Below are positions 35,733-48,146 of a stretch of DNA of 64,000 nucleotides, one piece after another. Every line of letters starts with the position of its first letter. Position 1 is the stretch's first letter. The notes under the pieces are model-generated. The model saw only the letters and a program-made list of their open reading frames with translations, did not search any database and was not told where the DNA came from. A program made the position numbers and the translations under genes. The DNA comes from Podospora anserina (lineage: Eukaryota), in contig CM030338.1 in assembly GCA_017654855.1 (NCBI GenBank), positions 3,100,001 through 3,164,000 on the forward strand. The letters run 5' to 3'.

Positions 35733-36649
35733 ATGGACGCCACCACACAAACCCAAACCCAAACCCCCCGCGTCCCACTCAGCTCTTTGAATCCCAACAA
35801 CGCGTCTTCGCCAACAAAGAAGAGGATGCTGCAAAGCCCGTTCGAGTCACAGACGAAGATGATGCAAACACGTACGCCGCCCGAGACGGGGGTCAAGAAG
35901 AGGGCGTTGTCTGGGATTGGAACAGTCGATTCCTCGCCCACAGCTTCGAGGGCAGTGGCGGAAGAGGAGAGGGTGGTAAAGAAAGCTAGGTTAAGCGTAT
36001 GTCCCTCCCCACCTTTCCATAATTTTCCGGTTGTTGACAGACGTAGTACTCCTCATCACCGCCCGCATCAGCAGGGTCAGCGTCGTCGGTGTTTTCCAGC
36101 CCGCACCACCACCACCACCTCCTCCTCCTCGAGGAGGGTGAGGGGGATGTCTCGATGGTTACCACCATTCCTGATTCAACACCTGCACCAGCACCGGCAT
36201 CGGCATCGGTATCGGCATCGGTATCGGTGCAGAGGAGGAGTTTGACGCGTGAACAGGCTCGTCAGGTATTTTTTTTGTCCAGTAATCCTTTTTTGGTTGT
36301 TGTTGGGCGAATCAGCTAATGGTGTGATGAAGAAAGCGGAAATCTTACGGCTGAGGCTTGGGTTGGCGAATTACAAGGTGAGGACGGGGCAGGAGGATGT
36401 TTCGTTGGATCAGTTGGAGAGGAGGCTGATGGTGAGGCTTTGGGGTGGGGAGGGGAGGGTGAGGGAGCAGGGGGGTGAGAGGTCGTCGCAGCAACAGCAT
36501 CAGAGATGTGGTTCGCAGCAGATGTTACCGCCGTCGACGTCCAGGGGGACGCATCATCAGAGGAGGAGCAGTGGGACGGGGGTTGTGGAAGAGAAGGAAA
36601 ATTGGAGGGAGGGGTTGTGGGAGGTCATGAGACGGAGGGAGGCGGAGAG

Positions 36650-36726
<77 letters not shown>

Positions 36727-36860
36727 TATCGCAGGAAGATAGGGGGGAGGAGACGGAGGGGGAGGGGGAGGAGTTGGAACTGCCTAGGTTGCCGAGGGAA
36801 GAGGGGGATAATAGGGGGTTGGAGGCTGTGGGGGGGTTGTTGAGTTTGGCTAGGGGTTAG
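35733..36860 (+). CDS. Whi5/Nrm1-family G1/S transcriptional repressor; introns 35997-36046 and 36266-36332
   Basis: Splicing gives LTREQARQ-KAEILRLRLGLANYKVRTGQEDVSL (Whi5-like GTB motif). Multiple S/T-P CDK sites (TPR, SPTK, SPF, TPP). PolyQ tract; C-terminal AVGGLLSL. Confidence 0.82.
36651..36726 (+). repeat. Coding (CAA)n(CAG)n microsatellite, polyQ of about 25 residues
   Basis: Read directly inside the Whi5-like CDS. Confidence 0.9.
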
Positions 36861-38125
36861 CCCGAGATGGTGGGAAGGGGAGGTGGTGGCTTGTTTGTTT
36901 TCATGGCTTTCATGGCGTTGAAAGGGAGCATACGGACGCATCTTTTGCTTTTGAAATTTTGAATTTGCTAGAGTTTGGGGTTTATTGGGCTTGCTGCACA
37001 CGCTTCATGTCTGGGGTTTTGTAGGGGTTTATAGATACCAAGCCGGGTTTTTTTATTTTAAAGAGGGGGGAGTTTAATTTATTTACTTTTTTTTTTGGTT
37101 CTTTTGTTTTTGGTTGCTAAAACGGGAAGTTGCTTCACATCTTGGATTTGACTTTACTTGTTTGTCTTGACTCAAGACTTTGATTTATTTACACACAGGC
37201 CACTGCTTTGCTCTCTGTGACTTTGGCTCTGGTGTTCAGCAACATTACTGTGCCCCCTACCCATCGTGAACGTTGGCGGCGAGCCGCGTGTGAGTAGTAG
37301 TCGTGCTGTCTTTGTGTGTCTGGAATGTGGTTAACCCCCCACGTCCGGCTAGAATGCTCGGCAAAGAACTTCCAACCGACACATCGACCAGTGTCATTGT
37401 TCGGCTTCGAATGAATCCCACGCGTGAGAAAGTAACGGAGCTGTCACATTCCCCTCAGCTTTGGGATGCCTGGTGATGGTGGTGGTGGTGGTGTTGTCGA
37501 GACAGACAGAGTAAGAGACAGGGGGTGGCGGGACCGTTCCAACCGTAAAGACGTTTAAAAATGCGGGAAAGTGGTTTTCTTTTTCTTTTTTTTTTGTTTT
37601 GCAAAACCCAAAGGGGTTTAGCGGTGTAATCCCCACGTGGCAGCCACGATCTTAGCGGGAGAGGATTAACCGCGTTTGGGAGGGGAGGGGGCGAACAAAA
37701 ACTGATGAAACGCGAGATTTTGCGCGTCTAGCTGGATTGTTGCCAAACTATTTTGGGGATGGTGGTGGTGGTCAAATGGCGGGCAGGGGGGGGGAGGGGG
37801 TTTGCCAAGAGATGGATGGTGTTTGGTGAGAAGCCCAGGGCTCTGGGGATGGGAGTGGGAAGTGTGGTTTGCGTGGAAGAGAGTGTCGTGTTTGGGGTAA
37901 AGAAAGGAGAGACGTGGACAAGGTTGGGGGGAGGGGGAGAGAACAGACTGGTAGATAGTTGATACGTCTTGTCGAAGTGGTCAAGATAAGATGCCTTTGA
38001 GATGATATTTGGCCTGTTCAATATTTTTATAGACCTTGAAAGATGGTCGCAAAAGCCTCCAAAACAACGTCCAAAAGCATATCTATTCATCTCTTCCAAG
38101 GCCTTGACACCACGCGTTGTGGTGT

Positions 38126-41100
38126 CTACAACGTGTGCCGCTTGGTTCTGAATAATGTGCTATTCACCTGAGAAACATTACACTTTCCAACCGCCCCCAG
38201 AAACTCCTCCAACTCAACACCCACCCTTCCCCCCTTGCCCACCAAAGTCCCCACCACCCCCCTCAGCTCCTCCCCTGTCATGTCCGTCACCATCCCCTCC
38301 TCAAAAGCAGCAAGATACAACCCCTTATCCAGACAACACCCCTCCACTCCCCGGTAAAACACCCCTTTTCCCTCCTTCCTGCCCGCACAGAAACGAACAA
38401 AACCCCTCCAGATCTCCCCATTCCCTTTCCCGCTCCCCGTGATGGCAGATTCAAAAGCTTTTTTAACCGAGTGGGCACTCCCGTTGTGGACTTCATGCAT
38501 GATGGCAAACCGCCGGGTGCTGAGGGAGTCATGTCCAGGTTGGAGGGCGATGGTTTGGAGAAGCTCCCTGACTGGATCCTTGACCAACAAAGGGGGTTGT
38601 GCCCAGGATAGGAGTTCGAGAAAGATGGTGTTGGAAGGGAAGAGCTCCAGGTGAGAGAGGACAGTTGAACAAAAAAGCGCCGGGCGGTAAGGCCCTGTCT
38701 GGGAGTGGTGGTGTGACAGCCTGCAGGCGGTTTGCAGGAGCTTTTCCAAACAGGGGGTGGATTCTAAAGAGCGGGAGGTGAATTTCTGGGTTATATCTGT
38801 GATTGCACCCAGGGCTGATGAGATGTTGCCTTGGGAGGACGAGGTTGGTTCACTGGGAGGAGAGGAAGGGGAGAGGTAGGCTAGTAAGAGGAGACTCTCC
38901 GCGTGGGCGGCGGCGGTGGGGAGGGAGAGGGAAGAAAGGGAAAAGTCGAGGGTGGTGGAGAATTGAGACCGAGCTCTGAGGAGCGTTGCTGGGGAGGGGG
39001 GAGAGGAGACGGAGGGGTCGACTGAGCGGCAGAGGGTCGTCAGGGCGAGGTCGTTGCGGGAGGAGAGGAGGTGGAGCCAGGTTTGGGTGTTGAACAGGAG
39101 CTGGCTGTTGGGGAGGTTGGTGGCTGAGTCGAGGATTTTGAAAGCGAGTTCCGGGTTGTTGTTGGAGTGCTCCAGCAAGGCGTAGGCGTTGTAGAGGGGG
39201 GTGTTGGTGGTGTATTGCTTGAGCAGAGTTTTGGCAACCTTTTTGGTGGTTCTGGCGTCGGTGTTGAGCCAGACCGTGGCGAGGTAGATTTCTGCTAGGT
39301 CTTCACGGTGGTGGTCTGTGACTAGTCGTTCGAGTGTGGCTAGCACCCATGGGAGGTCGAGTTGGGTTTCTTCAGGGGGGTGGGTTTTGTCCCAGGAGTC
39401 CAGGCATTTGAACCAGCCCTCCCTGGTGAAGAGAAGCTCGGGTGAGGTGGCCATGTCACCGCCTTGTTGAGCGAATTCAGGGGGGCGTTTTGACAGAACA
39501 ACATCCACGCTCTCCGTGTTTTGTCCCTCGCGTCTCTCCCAAGGCCGGAAAGCCTGGCTTTTGGGAGCCAAGAATGGATCTCGCCGCCAGTCCTTCACAA
39601 ACGGTTCCTCACAACCGGAGGGAATCCCAACAAACACCCCAAACGCCTCCACCACCAATTTCTTCGCAGTGTCCAAAACCCCGGCCGGGAACCAGACGAC
39701 AAAGTCCTTGATATCCCCCCACATCACCACCCTAAACGGATCCTCATCAACCCCCTCATCCAGCGTCCTCGCCGGCATCCTCGTCTTCGCAGCCCGCTTC
39801 GTTTCCACAGCCGCCCAGAGCTGGTACGGATCTTTATAATCCTCAACATCAACCCCATCCCTTTTGTCCTCAAACCTTGGATCAGGCGGCAACTCATCCC
39901 CCCCACTCTCAACAAAACACCTCCACCCCCTCGCCCCCTCCTCCCCAAACCTCGCAACTTCACTCTCCCAAAACTCTTCAAACCCCTCCGCCGATGTCGC
40001 CGTGCCGGGCCGGCAAAACGTCATCTCCAACAACGCCTGCCAAGAAGCCACCGCCCGCTCGGTATACCCAGCCTCGAACAACAGCTTTGTCAGGCGTAAA
40101 AAGACATAGACAATCTGCCGGCACACCTCCCCCCTTTCATCCCCCTCCTCCACCCCAACCAACCCCCTTGACAAACCCCCCAGCTTCTCAACAAACACAT
40201 CCCTCATCCTGTCCACCGTACACGACCCCACCCTCCCCATCTCCCAACCCACCCTCGCGCGCCACAGCTCAAAGCTCCCGTCCGGTGCTACGCCATACTT
40301 TTGCGGGAGACTCTCCCACTTTTTCGCAGCGGTTTTGTCATCCCATATGTTAAGCCCCGTGGTCATCATGCCTAGGATCAGAACCTCCTTTTCACCACCA
40401 GATCGAGATGGCAAATGGGCAAGCGCTTCCTGATAAAGCGACAACTTCAACTCGGCAAGGGCGATGGTTTCATTGCTTGTCCGGGGACGGGAATGGCCAA
40501 CGTCTTGGGCAAAGAGGGCGTCTTGCAGGGAGATCAGCCGGAGCCAGGAGGGGATGTCGGCGGGTGAGGAGCGGAGGTGGCGGGTGAGGGTGACGGATTC
40601 TTTTCTGGCAGAAGAAAGCTCTTTTTTCTCTTGTTCTGGGGATGAGGTCTCCGAATCTGAAGACTCAGACTCGGAGTCTGATGGGGGAGGTTTGGCCTTG
40701 CCGTAAATAGACCTGTAGTCTGGCTTTCGGTCCTGTTGATCCTCCGGGTCTGATGATGAGGGGCTTTCCCGGCCGCGTTTTCGCTTTTTGGAGGAGGGGG
40801 GTGTCAAAGAGATGAACTGGTCTGTTGGTGAGGGAGGTGGTTTGGTGGAGGACCTGATCCGGCGAGATTTGGCGCGTCGGATTTGTGAGAGGAGGGCTTT
40901 GTCCCTGAAGGCCGAACCCAGACCCTCGCGGGAGAAGGAGAGAGAAAATAAATCTCTGGGGCCGTCACGGTGGAGGATGAGATGGCCTCTTGACCCTAGG
41001 ATTTTGCCATGGCCAGAGCGGTGGTAGGCTGGGATCTTGGAGCGGTCGTTGCCGCTGTAGCGAAGGATGAGAGGGTCGCCTTTTTTGTCAATGAAGAAGT

Positions 41101-41500
41101 TGTCGCTGAGAGTCTTGGGCTGGACCGAATCCTCTCTTGAGCTATGGTGCTGCTCCCTGTCTTTGGGCCTTTTCCTGTCTCGATCTCGGTCTCTCTCACG
41201 GTGCCTGTCCCGTTCTTTCTCACCATCCCCATCCCTGCTCCCACTTCGTCTTCTGTCTCCGTCCCTCTCACGATCCCGACGACGTTCATCTCCCCGATTC
41301 CGAGAATCACGGCGTCTCTCACGGTGACGGCCATCATGCCCCCTTTTGGATTCCCCACCGGGGTCCCCGTGCCGGTCTCTGACAGATTTCCGCGCCTCCC
41401 CCGATGCGGGCCCTGCTTCGGGCTTGGGTGTGGGTTTCGGCTGGAAGGATCCGAACTTGGGCACGGGGCGTTGCCGTTTCTGCTCCTCTTTTGACGACAT
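38126..41500 (-). CDS. NRDE2: NRDE-2/Nrl1-like nuclear exosome/spliceosome-associated protein
   Basis: 1124-aa ORF. N-terminal VPKFGSF; RD/RE-rich region; FFIDKKGDPLILRY..IPAYHRSGHGKILG; EAGYTERAVASWQALLE; FEEFWESEVARFGEEGARGW; EDPFRVV. Confidence 0.85.
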   Translation of the reverse strand: MSSKEEQKRQRPVPKFGSFQPKPTPKPEAGPASGEARKSVRDRHGDPGGESKRGHDGRHRERRRDSRNRGDERRRDRERDGDRRRSGSRDGDGEKERDRHRERDRDRDRKRPKDREQHHSSREDSVQPKTLSDNFFIDKKGDPLILRYSGNDRSKIPAYHRSGHGKILGSRGHLILHRDGPRDLFSLSFSREGLGSAFRDKALLSQIRRAKSRRIRSSTKPPPSPTDQFISLTPPSSKKRKRGRESPSSSDPEDQQDRKPDYRSIYGKAKPPPSDSESESSDSETSSPEQEKKELSSARKESVTLTRHLRSSPADIPSWLRLISLQDALFAQDVGHSRPRTSNETIALAELKLSLYQEALAHLPSRSGGEKEVLILGMMTTGLNIWDDKTAAKKWESLPQKYGVAPDGSFELWRARVGWEMGRVGSCTVDRMRDVFVEKLGGLSRGLVGVEEGDERGEVCRQIVYVFLRLTKLLFEAGYTERAVASWQALLEMTFCRPGTATSAEGFEEFWESEVARFGEEGARGWRCFVESGGDELPPDPRFEDKRDGVDVEDYKDPYQLWAAVETKRAAKTRMPARTLDEGVDEDPFRVVMWGDIKDFVVWFPAGVLDTAKKLVVEAFGVFVGIPSGCEEPFVKDWRRDPFLAPKSQAFRPWERREGQNTESVDVVLSKRPPEFAQQGGDMATSPELLFTREGWFKCLDSWDKTHPPEETQLDLPWVLATLERLVTDHHREDLAEIYLATVWLNTDARTTKKVAKTLLKQYTTNTPLYNAYALLEHSNNNPELAFKILDSATNLPNSQLLFNTQTWLHLLSSRNDLALTTLCRSVDPSVSSPPSPATLLRARSQFSTTLDFSLSSLSLPTAAAHAESLLLLAYLSPSSPPSEPTSSSQGNISSALGAITDITQKFTSRSLESTPCLEKLLQTACRLSHHHSQTGPYRPALFCSTVLSHLELFPSNTIFLELLSWAQPPLLVKDPVRELLQTIALQPGHDSLSTRRFAIMHEVHNGSAHSVKKAFESAITGSGKGNGEIWRGFVRFCAGRKEGKGVFYRGVEGCCLDKGLYLAAFEEGMVTDMTGEELRGVVGTLVGKGGRVGVELEEFLGAVGKCNVSQVNSTLFRTKRHTL

Positions 41501-41523
41501 CGTACGAGCTGATGCTGTACTGC

Positions 41524-41593
41524 CTCTCCTCTCCTCTCCTCTCCTCGCCTCTCCTCGCCTCTCCTCGCCTCTCCTCTCCTCTCCTCTCCTCTC
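41524..41593 (+). repeat. Pentamer microsatellite (CTCTC/CTCGC)n just upstream of the NRDE2 ATG
   Basis: About 14 imperfect copies, read directly. Confidence 0.85.
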
Positions 41594-42734
41594 CTTCCCC
41601 CGCTTAGCCTCCTGGTGTTTGTGATTGAGTCATGCAAACACGCGACGTTTGAGTTGAGTGTCGGATGATGGAGATGGGGTATGTATGGGGCTTGACATGA
41701 AAAAGAAAAGAAGCCCGTCTATTCTGTCGGTAGATAAATAATTGGTGTCGTCTTCAACCAACGGTTACACTTCAACGGGCCGCCCGTTGGATTTGTTTGT
41801 TGGTGCTGGTGCTGGATCACTGTGAGATTCCCGAGTGTCACTGGCATTTCCCCAGCTTTCAGGCCTCGATTGCCTGCCGGGAGGGACCCTTTACCGCAAC
41901 AGTCGCGGCACCGGCGCCTAAAAAAAAGATGACCAATGACAGACGCAGGATGCGCAATCGGGGGGACCACTATGACATAGCGTGTTTCCCCCCCCCCGAC
42001 AGAAGAACACCGGCTCCGGGTTCCTGGACCGAGGCGGCCGCTTTGTTCCCGTCTGATCAGGTTGTTGACATTGACTGATTGACTGACAAGTGAATGAGAG
42101 TGATATTGACACCAGATCATACAGTCCAAAACAGGGAAGAAGGCTGCCAGAAAAGCAAATCATCTGAGCAAGCACCGCCGCGAGCCTATGACGCCAAGTG
42201 AGACACTCGCTGTATGCACAGTGGAGCACCACCTAACACCACCACCTCCAACAGGGACTCGATAAACTGGGGGCTTAGCCATCCATCCAACATCTGCTTC
42301 CCCCCAACCACCACCTACCTACCGAACTGACCAGAAATTCCCGGTGAACAAGGCCGCCCACATTGCGGCGGAGGTGCTTTTCTTTTTTTCTCCTTCCTCT
42401 CTTTTTGAAGAAAATGTGTTGGATAGGATAGTTGCTTGTGTTTCCTGCTCCTTCTTTTTTTCTCCGGCTTTTTCCTTCCCTCACGCGATATACTGCCGTA
42501 TCACAACACCCGTTGGAAACCCGCATCCTGCACCTACCCGTCCAGGTCTCATGGCCCTCCAACTCAGAAACTAATACCGACGTAATCTCGACTCTCGATT
42601 TCCTGATTTAACCTACCCTCTTCAAACCGGGCAAGCAAGCAGCGACCTGAACAAGTCTTGCGCCTGCCGCCGCCGCCGCCGCCGATCGTCTTATCAACAA
42701 CACCACCTGACACCTCATCATCTCCACTGTCATC

Positions 42735-45669
42735 ATGACAGGAAGGAGACACACCCCGCGCCTGCGGGACGTCTTCCGAGATGCCTCCGGAGGGACTGAT
42801 ACAGACAGCAACAACAGCAACAACAGCAACAACAACAACAACAACAACAACAGCAGCAGCAACAACAACAACGAAGAATCAAATCAACCCTCCCAATCAT
42901 CCCAATACCTCTCCCTCCCCAGCTCCCCAACCTCCTTCCGCCGGCCCCGCATCATGTCCCGTCGACCGTCCAACTCGGAGGGCGTCCCGGACGAGCGCAC
43001 CTCCCTGCTCGGCGCGAACCGGACGTCGCGGATAAGAATCGCGAGTGCGCATGGGTCACCTAGGGTGCCGCATCTGTCTAGGAACCAGAGCTACGCCGGT
43101 GTGTCCCCCTCCTTACGTTGCCCTTTGGCAGTCATCACTGACGGTGCTATCTACAGACAGTGTCAAATCCCACCGCCACCACTCCCGCGCCAACTCGTGG
43201 GGCTCCCGCCTCATCCAAGCCCTAGGCGACAGGCAAGAATCCTACGGCGGCATCGCCGACTCCAAATCCTCCCTCTATCCCGACGACCGCGTCTGGTACG
43301 ATCAATTCACCTCGACCGACTGGGTCCACGACTCCATCGCCGACGCCTACCGCGTCAAGGCCCTCAGGCAGAGAAAAGATTTCTGGGGGAGGGTCTATGT
43401 TCTTTTTGACGGGGCTCAAGGTTGGATCCTGAGCGCCTTGGTCGGGTTCATCGTTGCGGTGCTGGCTTACGCGGTGAACGTGAGCGAGGCGACGGTGTTT
43501 GACTTCAAGGATGGGTATTGCCAAAAGGGGTGGTTGATCAACGAAAAGAGGTGCTGCCCTCACGGGCCTTGCGTTGACTGGAGGGATTGGGGCGAGGTGT
43601 TGAATGGGTGGCCGTTTGGCAAGGATTGGACCGAGTGGTTTGTTTACATTGTCATGGTGATCGCTTTGGCGGTGGCGTCTTGTCTGATGACGCTGACGAC
43701 CAAGACGGTCGTGCCTTCGGCGTATCGGCTCACGACGCTGGATGAGAACCTGGCGGCGGAGAATGCTGCGCACATGGGGGATCACGATAATGACGATGGT
43801 GCTAACATCAGCCCGCGCCACTCGTGTGTCGATGGGCAGGGGTCGTCGTCTGCGGAGAGCGCGCCCATGATTTACTACTCCGCCGCCGGGAGTGGTGTCG
43901 CCGAGGTGAGGGTCATCCTCAGCGGTTTTGTTCTTCACGGCTTCTTGGGTCTCAAGACGTTGCTGATCAAGAGCTTGGGGTTGATCCTCAGTGTGGCGTC
44001 TGGTTTGTCGCTTGGCAAGGAAGGGCCGTATGTGCATATCGCCACCTGTGTCGGGAATATCGCTTGCAGATTGTTTAGCAAGTATGACCGGAACGACGCC
44101 AAGAGGAGGGAGGTCCTTTCTGCTGCCGCGGCGGCTGGTGTGGCGGTCGCTTTTGGCGCGCCGCTGGGGGGGGTGCTGTTTGGGCTGGAGGAGGTTGCGT
44201 ATTTCTTTCCCGCCAAGACGCTGTTCAGGACGTTTTTCTGCTGCATCACGGCGGCGTTGACGCTCAAGTTTCTGAACCCCTACGGCACGCACAAGATTGT
44301 CATGTTTCAGGTGAGGTATCTGGTGGATTGGGAGTATTTCGAGATTGGGAGCTTCATCCTGGTGGGGGTTTTGGGAGGAGCGGCGGGAGCGTTGTTCATC
44401 AAGGCTTCGAGGCGCTGGGCCAAGACGTTCAGGCGGATCCCCGTCATCAAGTCGTACCCGCTGCTGGAGGTGGTGCTGGTGGCTTTTGTGACGGGGTTGA
44501 TTGGGTACTGGAACGTGTTTACAAAGTTGCCGGTGGCGAAGTTGCTGTACAACCTGGCGGCGCCGTGCGATGACCGGGATAACAACCTGGAGGATCTGGG
44601 GTTGTGTCCGGAGAGGGCGGAGGACATCCCGCCCGTGTTGAGGGATTTGCTGACGGCGTTTTTGATCAAGGGGTTCTTGACCATCATCACGTTTGGTATC
44701 AAGGTGCCGGCGGGGATTTATGTGCCGTCCATGGTGGTGGGTGGGTTGATGGGGAGGACGATTGGGCACGTGGTGCAGTGGTGGGTGATGGCGACGAGGG
44801 AGTGGCCGGTTTGGGGGACTTGTTCGGCGACGAGCGCGACGTGTATCCAGCCTGGGGTGTATGGGTTGATTGCGGCCGGGTCGACCATGTGTGGGGTGAC
44901 GAGGCTGTCGGTCACGCTGGCGGTCATTCTCTTTGAGCTGACGGGGAGTTTGGACTATGTCTTGCCGTTTTCGCTGGCGATTCTGGTGGCCAAGTGGGTG
45001 GCTGACGCGATTGAGCCGCTGAGCATTTACGACTTGCTGACCGAGATGAACTCTTACCCCTTCCTCAACAACAAGCACAAGCCCGTCTTCACGTCGGAGC
45101 TGGCGGACATTGTGCCGAGGGTGAGGAAGGAGAGGATTATTGACATCAGCACCAGCCCTGTGGTGCCGGCGATGAGCCTGAGGACGAAGCTGGAGCTGCT
45201 GCACCGGGCGGGCGAGCTGGACGGGGGGTTGCCGATCGTCAGGCACGGCATCCTGGTGGGGTTGATTCCGGCGCCGGATTTGGAGTACGCGCTGGATAAT
45301 CTGCAGGATGAGGGATCGAGCCTGTGCCTGATGGCGAGCGTGCCGACGATTGACGACTCGGATGATGGGATGCCAGATCCGACGGATTTCACGCCGTACA
45401 TTGACCCTGCGCCGGTGGCGCTGGACATTAGGTCGCCGATGGACTTGGTGTATGAGTGTTTTGTCAAGTTGGGGTTGAGGTATATTTGCATACTGAGGGA
45501 TGGGAAGTATGCGGGGATGGTAAGTTTTTTTTTTATGTTTCTTTTTTTTGTGGTGAAAAAATGATGAGAGGAAAGAAAAAAAGCTAACATGTGTGGGAAA
45601 TCATAGACTCACAAGAAGACGTTTGTCAAGTACATGAGGGAGTTGGAGGAGAAGGAGGGACATATGTAA
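42735..45669 (+). CDS. CLC-family chloride channel/Cl-H+ antiporter; introns 43099-43156 and 45520-45606
   Basis: YDQFTSTDWVHD, GSGVAE, GKEGPYVH, FGAPLGGVLFGLEE, GIYVPSM, SIYD, and a C-terminal CBS region (FVKLGLRY). Both introns have canonical donor, CTRAC branch and YAG acceptor. The last exon reads THKKTFVKYMRELEEKEGHM*. Confidence 0.93.
42807..42872 (+). repeat. Coding (AAC/AGC)n microsatellite encoding poly-Asn/Ser in the CLC N-terminus
   Basis: Read directly. Confidence 0.85.
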
Positions 45670-48146
45670 TTTTTTTTCCTTGAGGCCGATTACCTTGATA
45701 GTCTTGGTGAAAGTACCTGTTGTTACACTGGGGAAAGTGTGTACGATGGTGGTGGTCGGGTGCGTGTGCTACTGCATTTGAATTAAATATGGAGGGGTTA
45801 GCATGGCGTTATATTCTTTTTATGGGTTTTATTGTTTTTGTTGAGATTGTTGATGTAATTAGTTTGTGTGCTGTTGAGGTTGGTGTGTGAGGATGAGTTG
45901 CTGAGATTGAGACTGAGATGAGATGAGAGGATAGAATGAGAAATGAAGATGAGATTGATGTTTGAATGTGTCTTACTTGGATAGAGCATGGGGTTACGCA
46001 CAGCTGGTAATGATGGTTTTCTGTAGCTAGCGGCTCTTTAAGGCTGATGATTGAGGTTTATGGCTTTTGAGTCTGGGAGTTTTGGTGTTTATTTCTTTAG
46101 CTTTTTGACACTTCGGCATTGACAGTCGTACAGCTATCGCTAATCCTGACCTAGATTGGATAGATTTCTTCGGCCCAAGGTTGTTAACTAGTAACAGTTG
46201 TCCATCGTCTCGACGGTGGAGTATTTCTCTCACGGCTTGTCTGCAGGGGTATCTAAACCGTCTTTGACACACTGTAGATGTTAAAACCAGGTCATCATCA
46301 TCAGATAGTTTCTAACGTGTACAGTCTGGCATAACATAATCTTCCCTTTCCGTTGTGTCCTCTCGCTTGTCGGTCACGGAAACTTAACCACCATTGGGCC
46401 ACCTGCGGAGATGACCGGGCCAGAGGACTTCGGGGCACGGTCGTCTCCTCGGAGTGTGATGCCATCTTGGATGAGCGAGTGGGCGCGGGTGATGCTGCTT
46501 GATACAGCGAGGCCACGCAAGACTGCCTACCCGAGGGCAACCCATCATCATGAGGGCTCGCTGACGGGATCCTATACCGTTGGGCAACCGTGCCGTCAGA
46601 GAGACGAGGTGTGGTGACCTTCGGGGTTGCCCAGGCGGCGTCGTTGTGGACGAGAGAGGCAGGATCTTGCTGCTGGGAGAGCCGAGGCACAGGCCAAGCA
46701 GAGGTGTCATGCGGGGCGTGGGCGAAAGTCATCTTCGCTTCCATACGGACCGGGCCGGACCGGCCTGCGGGTGGTTGGTTGGCTGCGTGAGCGAGCGAGT
46801 GGGAGAGTCAGGTAAGCTGGGACGGACGGATCAGGGTGCGCGAGCGAGCGGGAGAGTACATATACTCCTTCCCATATCATATTGTTGGGATGAAAGGTTT
46901 TGGGAGAGGCAATTTGCGATTCTTGACAAGGGTTGTTATCATTGTTAAATATCCTGCTACTCAGGGGTAAACAGGAGAGACTTGACCGAGTTCTTTTTGA
47001 ATTTTGAATTTTTTGGACGAACACAGCGGAGAAGTCGCGGTGGATTCGTCTTAAATAAAGCATGTACCATGAGCATATGATTAGCAGCCCCAACCTCAGA
47101 GTCACATTCCTTCATTTATCTGTATCCTGTGCTTTAGCCCAGTCAGCCTCCTCCGTCACGAGTCCTTTCCCGCCTGAAGGTCCTCTTCCTCCCGTAAATT
47201 AATCCCAAGAACTCTTCCTAATCTACTTTTCCCCCACGAACAGAGGCCCAGGTGGGTGGTGGTGTAGAATGGTACCAATGGGGAGGGGGAGAGGGGAGGG
47301 GAATCTGTAGGGGGAAGGCGGGTTTTAAAAAAGGGGGGGTTGGTTGGTGGGGCAACGGATAGGGTGTTGGGGGGAAGTAAATAAGGGGTTTGCAACAGAG
47401 GTGAATATGATGTGATGACCCCATTACCACAAGCGGAAATCAAAATGAGATTGCAAAAGGGAGAGGCAACATACCCTACACCCTCAGCCCACCCAGCATG
47501 CAGTCCCGTCTGGTGGTGTGACGATAAGTACAGACTGTCGATTTGCGACCTGGATGTCAGGCCGAGGGACTCGGAAAAGTAGGCGGCAAAGTTCCTGCGA
47601 TTTGGGCAATCTCCCAGCTTGTGAGGACCCGTACTCGCCCGGCAGCGGTTTGGTAGTAGTACATTTCGGGCAGGCGGGCGATGCTGGTTGCTTGTGAATA
47701 TTATCTTGGTCGTTTGTGAACGTCATTGTGGGCGGTGAGGCAAAAGAGTTTCAAGTTTATCGAGATCCCTATATCAGTTTCTTCAAAACACTTCGGCAGC
47801 CCCAAAAAAGCCATTTCAACTTTATTTACTCTACCGCGCCGCGTCACCAAGTGCCACGCCGCACGTAATGAAGTGCCAACACCATCTCTAAGATTCACAA
47901 CCCTCACGTCATCTTCACCAAACCATAACCAACACCAACGACGCAACAAAAGAATTTATCTGAAATGCATCACTTTTTGTCTCTCTGAAGACATAAGAAA
48001 ATATGTATCTGCACAAGCTCTTGGGGAATTGTATAGGCAATCAATCAAAACCTCCACCCCTCCCATCCTCCATCCCCCCTTCTCTCCATTTCCTCCTCTA
48101 TCTAAATAGTACACAACAGCCACACTGGCCTCTTGCAAGCCAGAAC

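Noticed and set aside
43222..45246. 674-aa - strand ORF
   Set aside because: Lies entirely opposite the CLC CDS; explained by codon bias, and of low-complexity R/P/H/Q composition.
46301..46948. Overlapping 100-150-aa ORFs between CLC and LOS1
   Set aside because: No motifs, splice structure or codon bias to support a gene.
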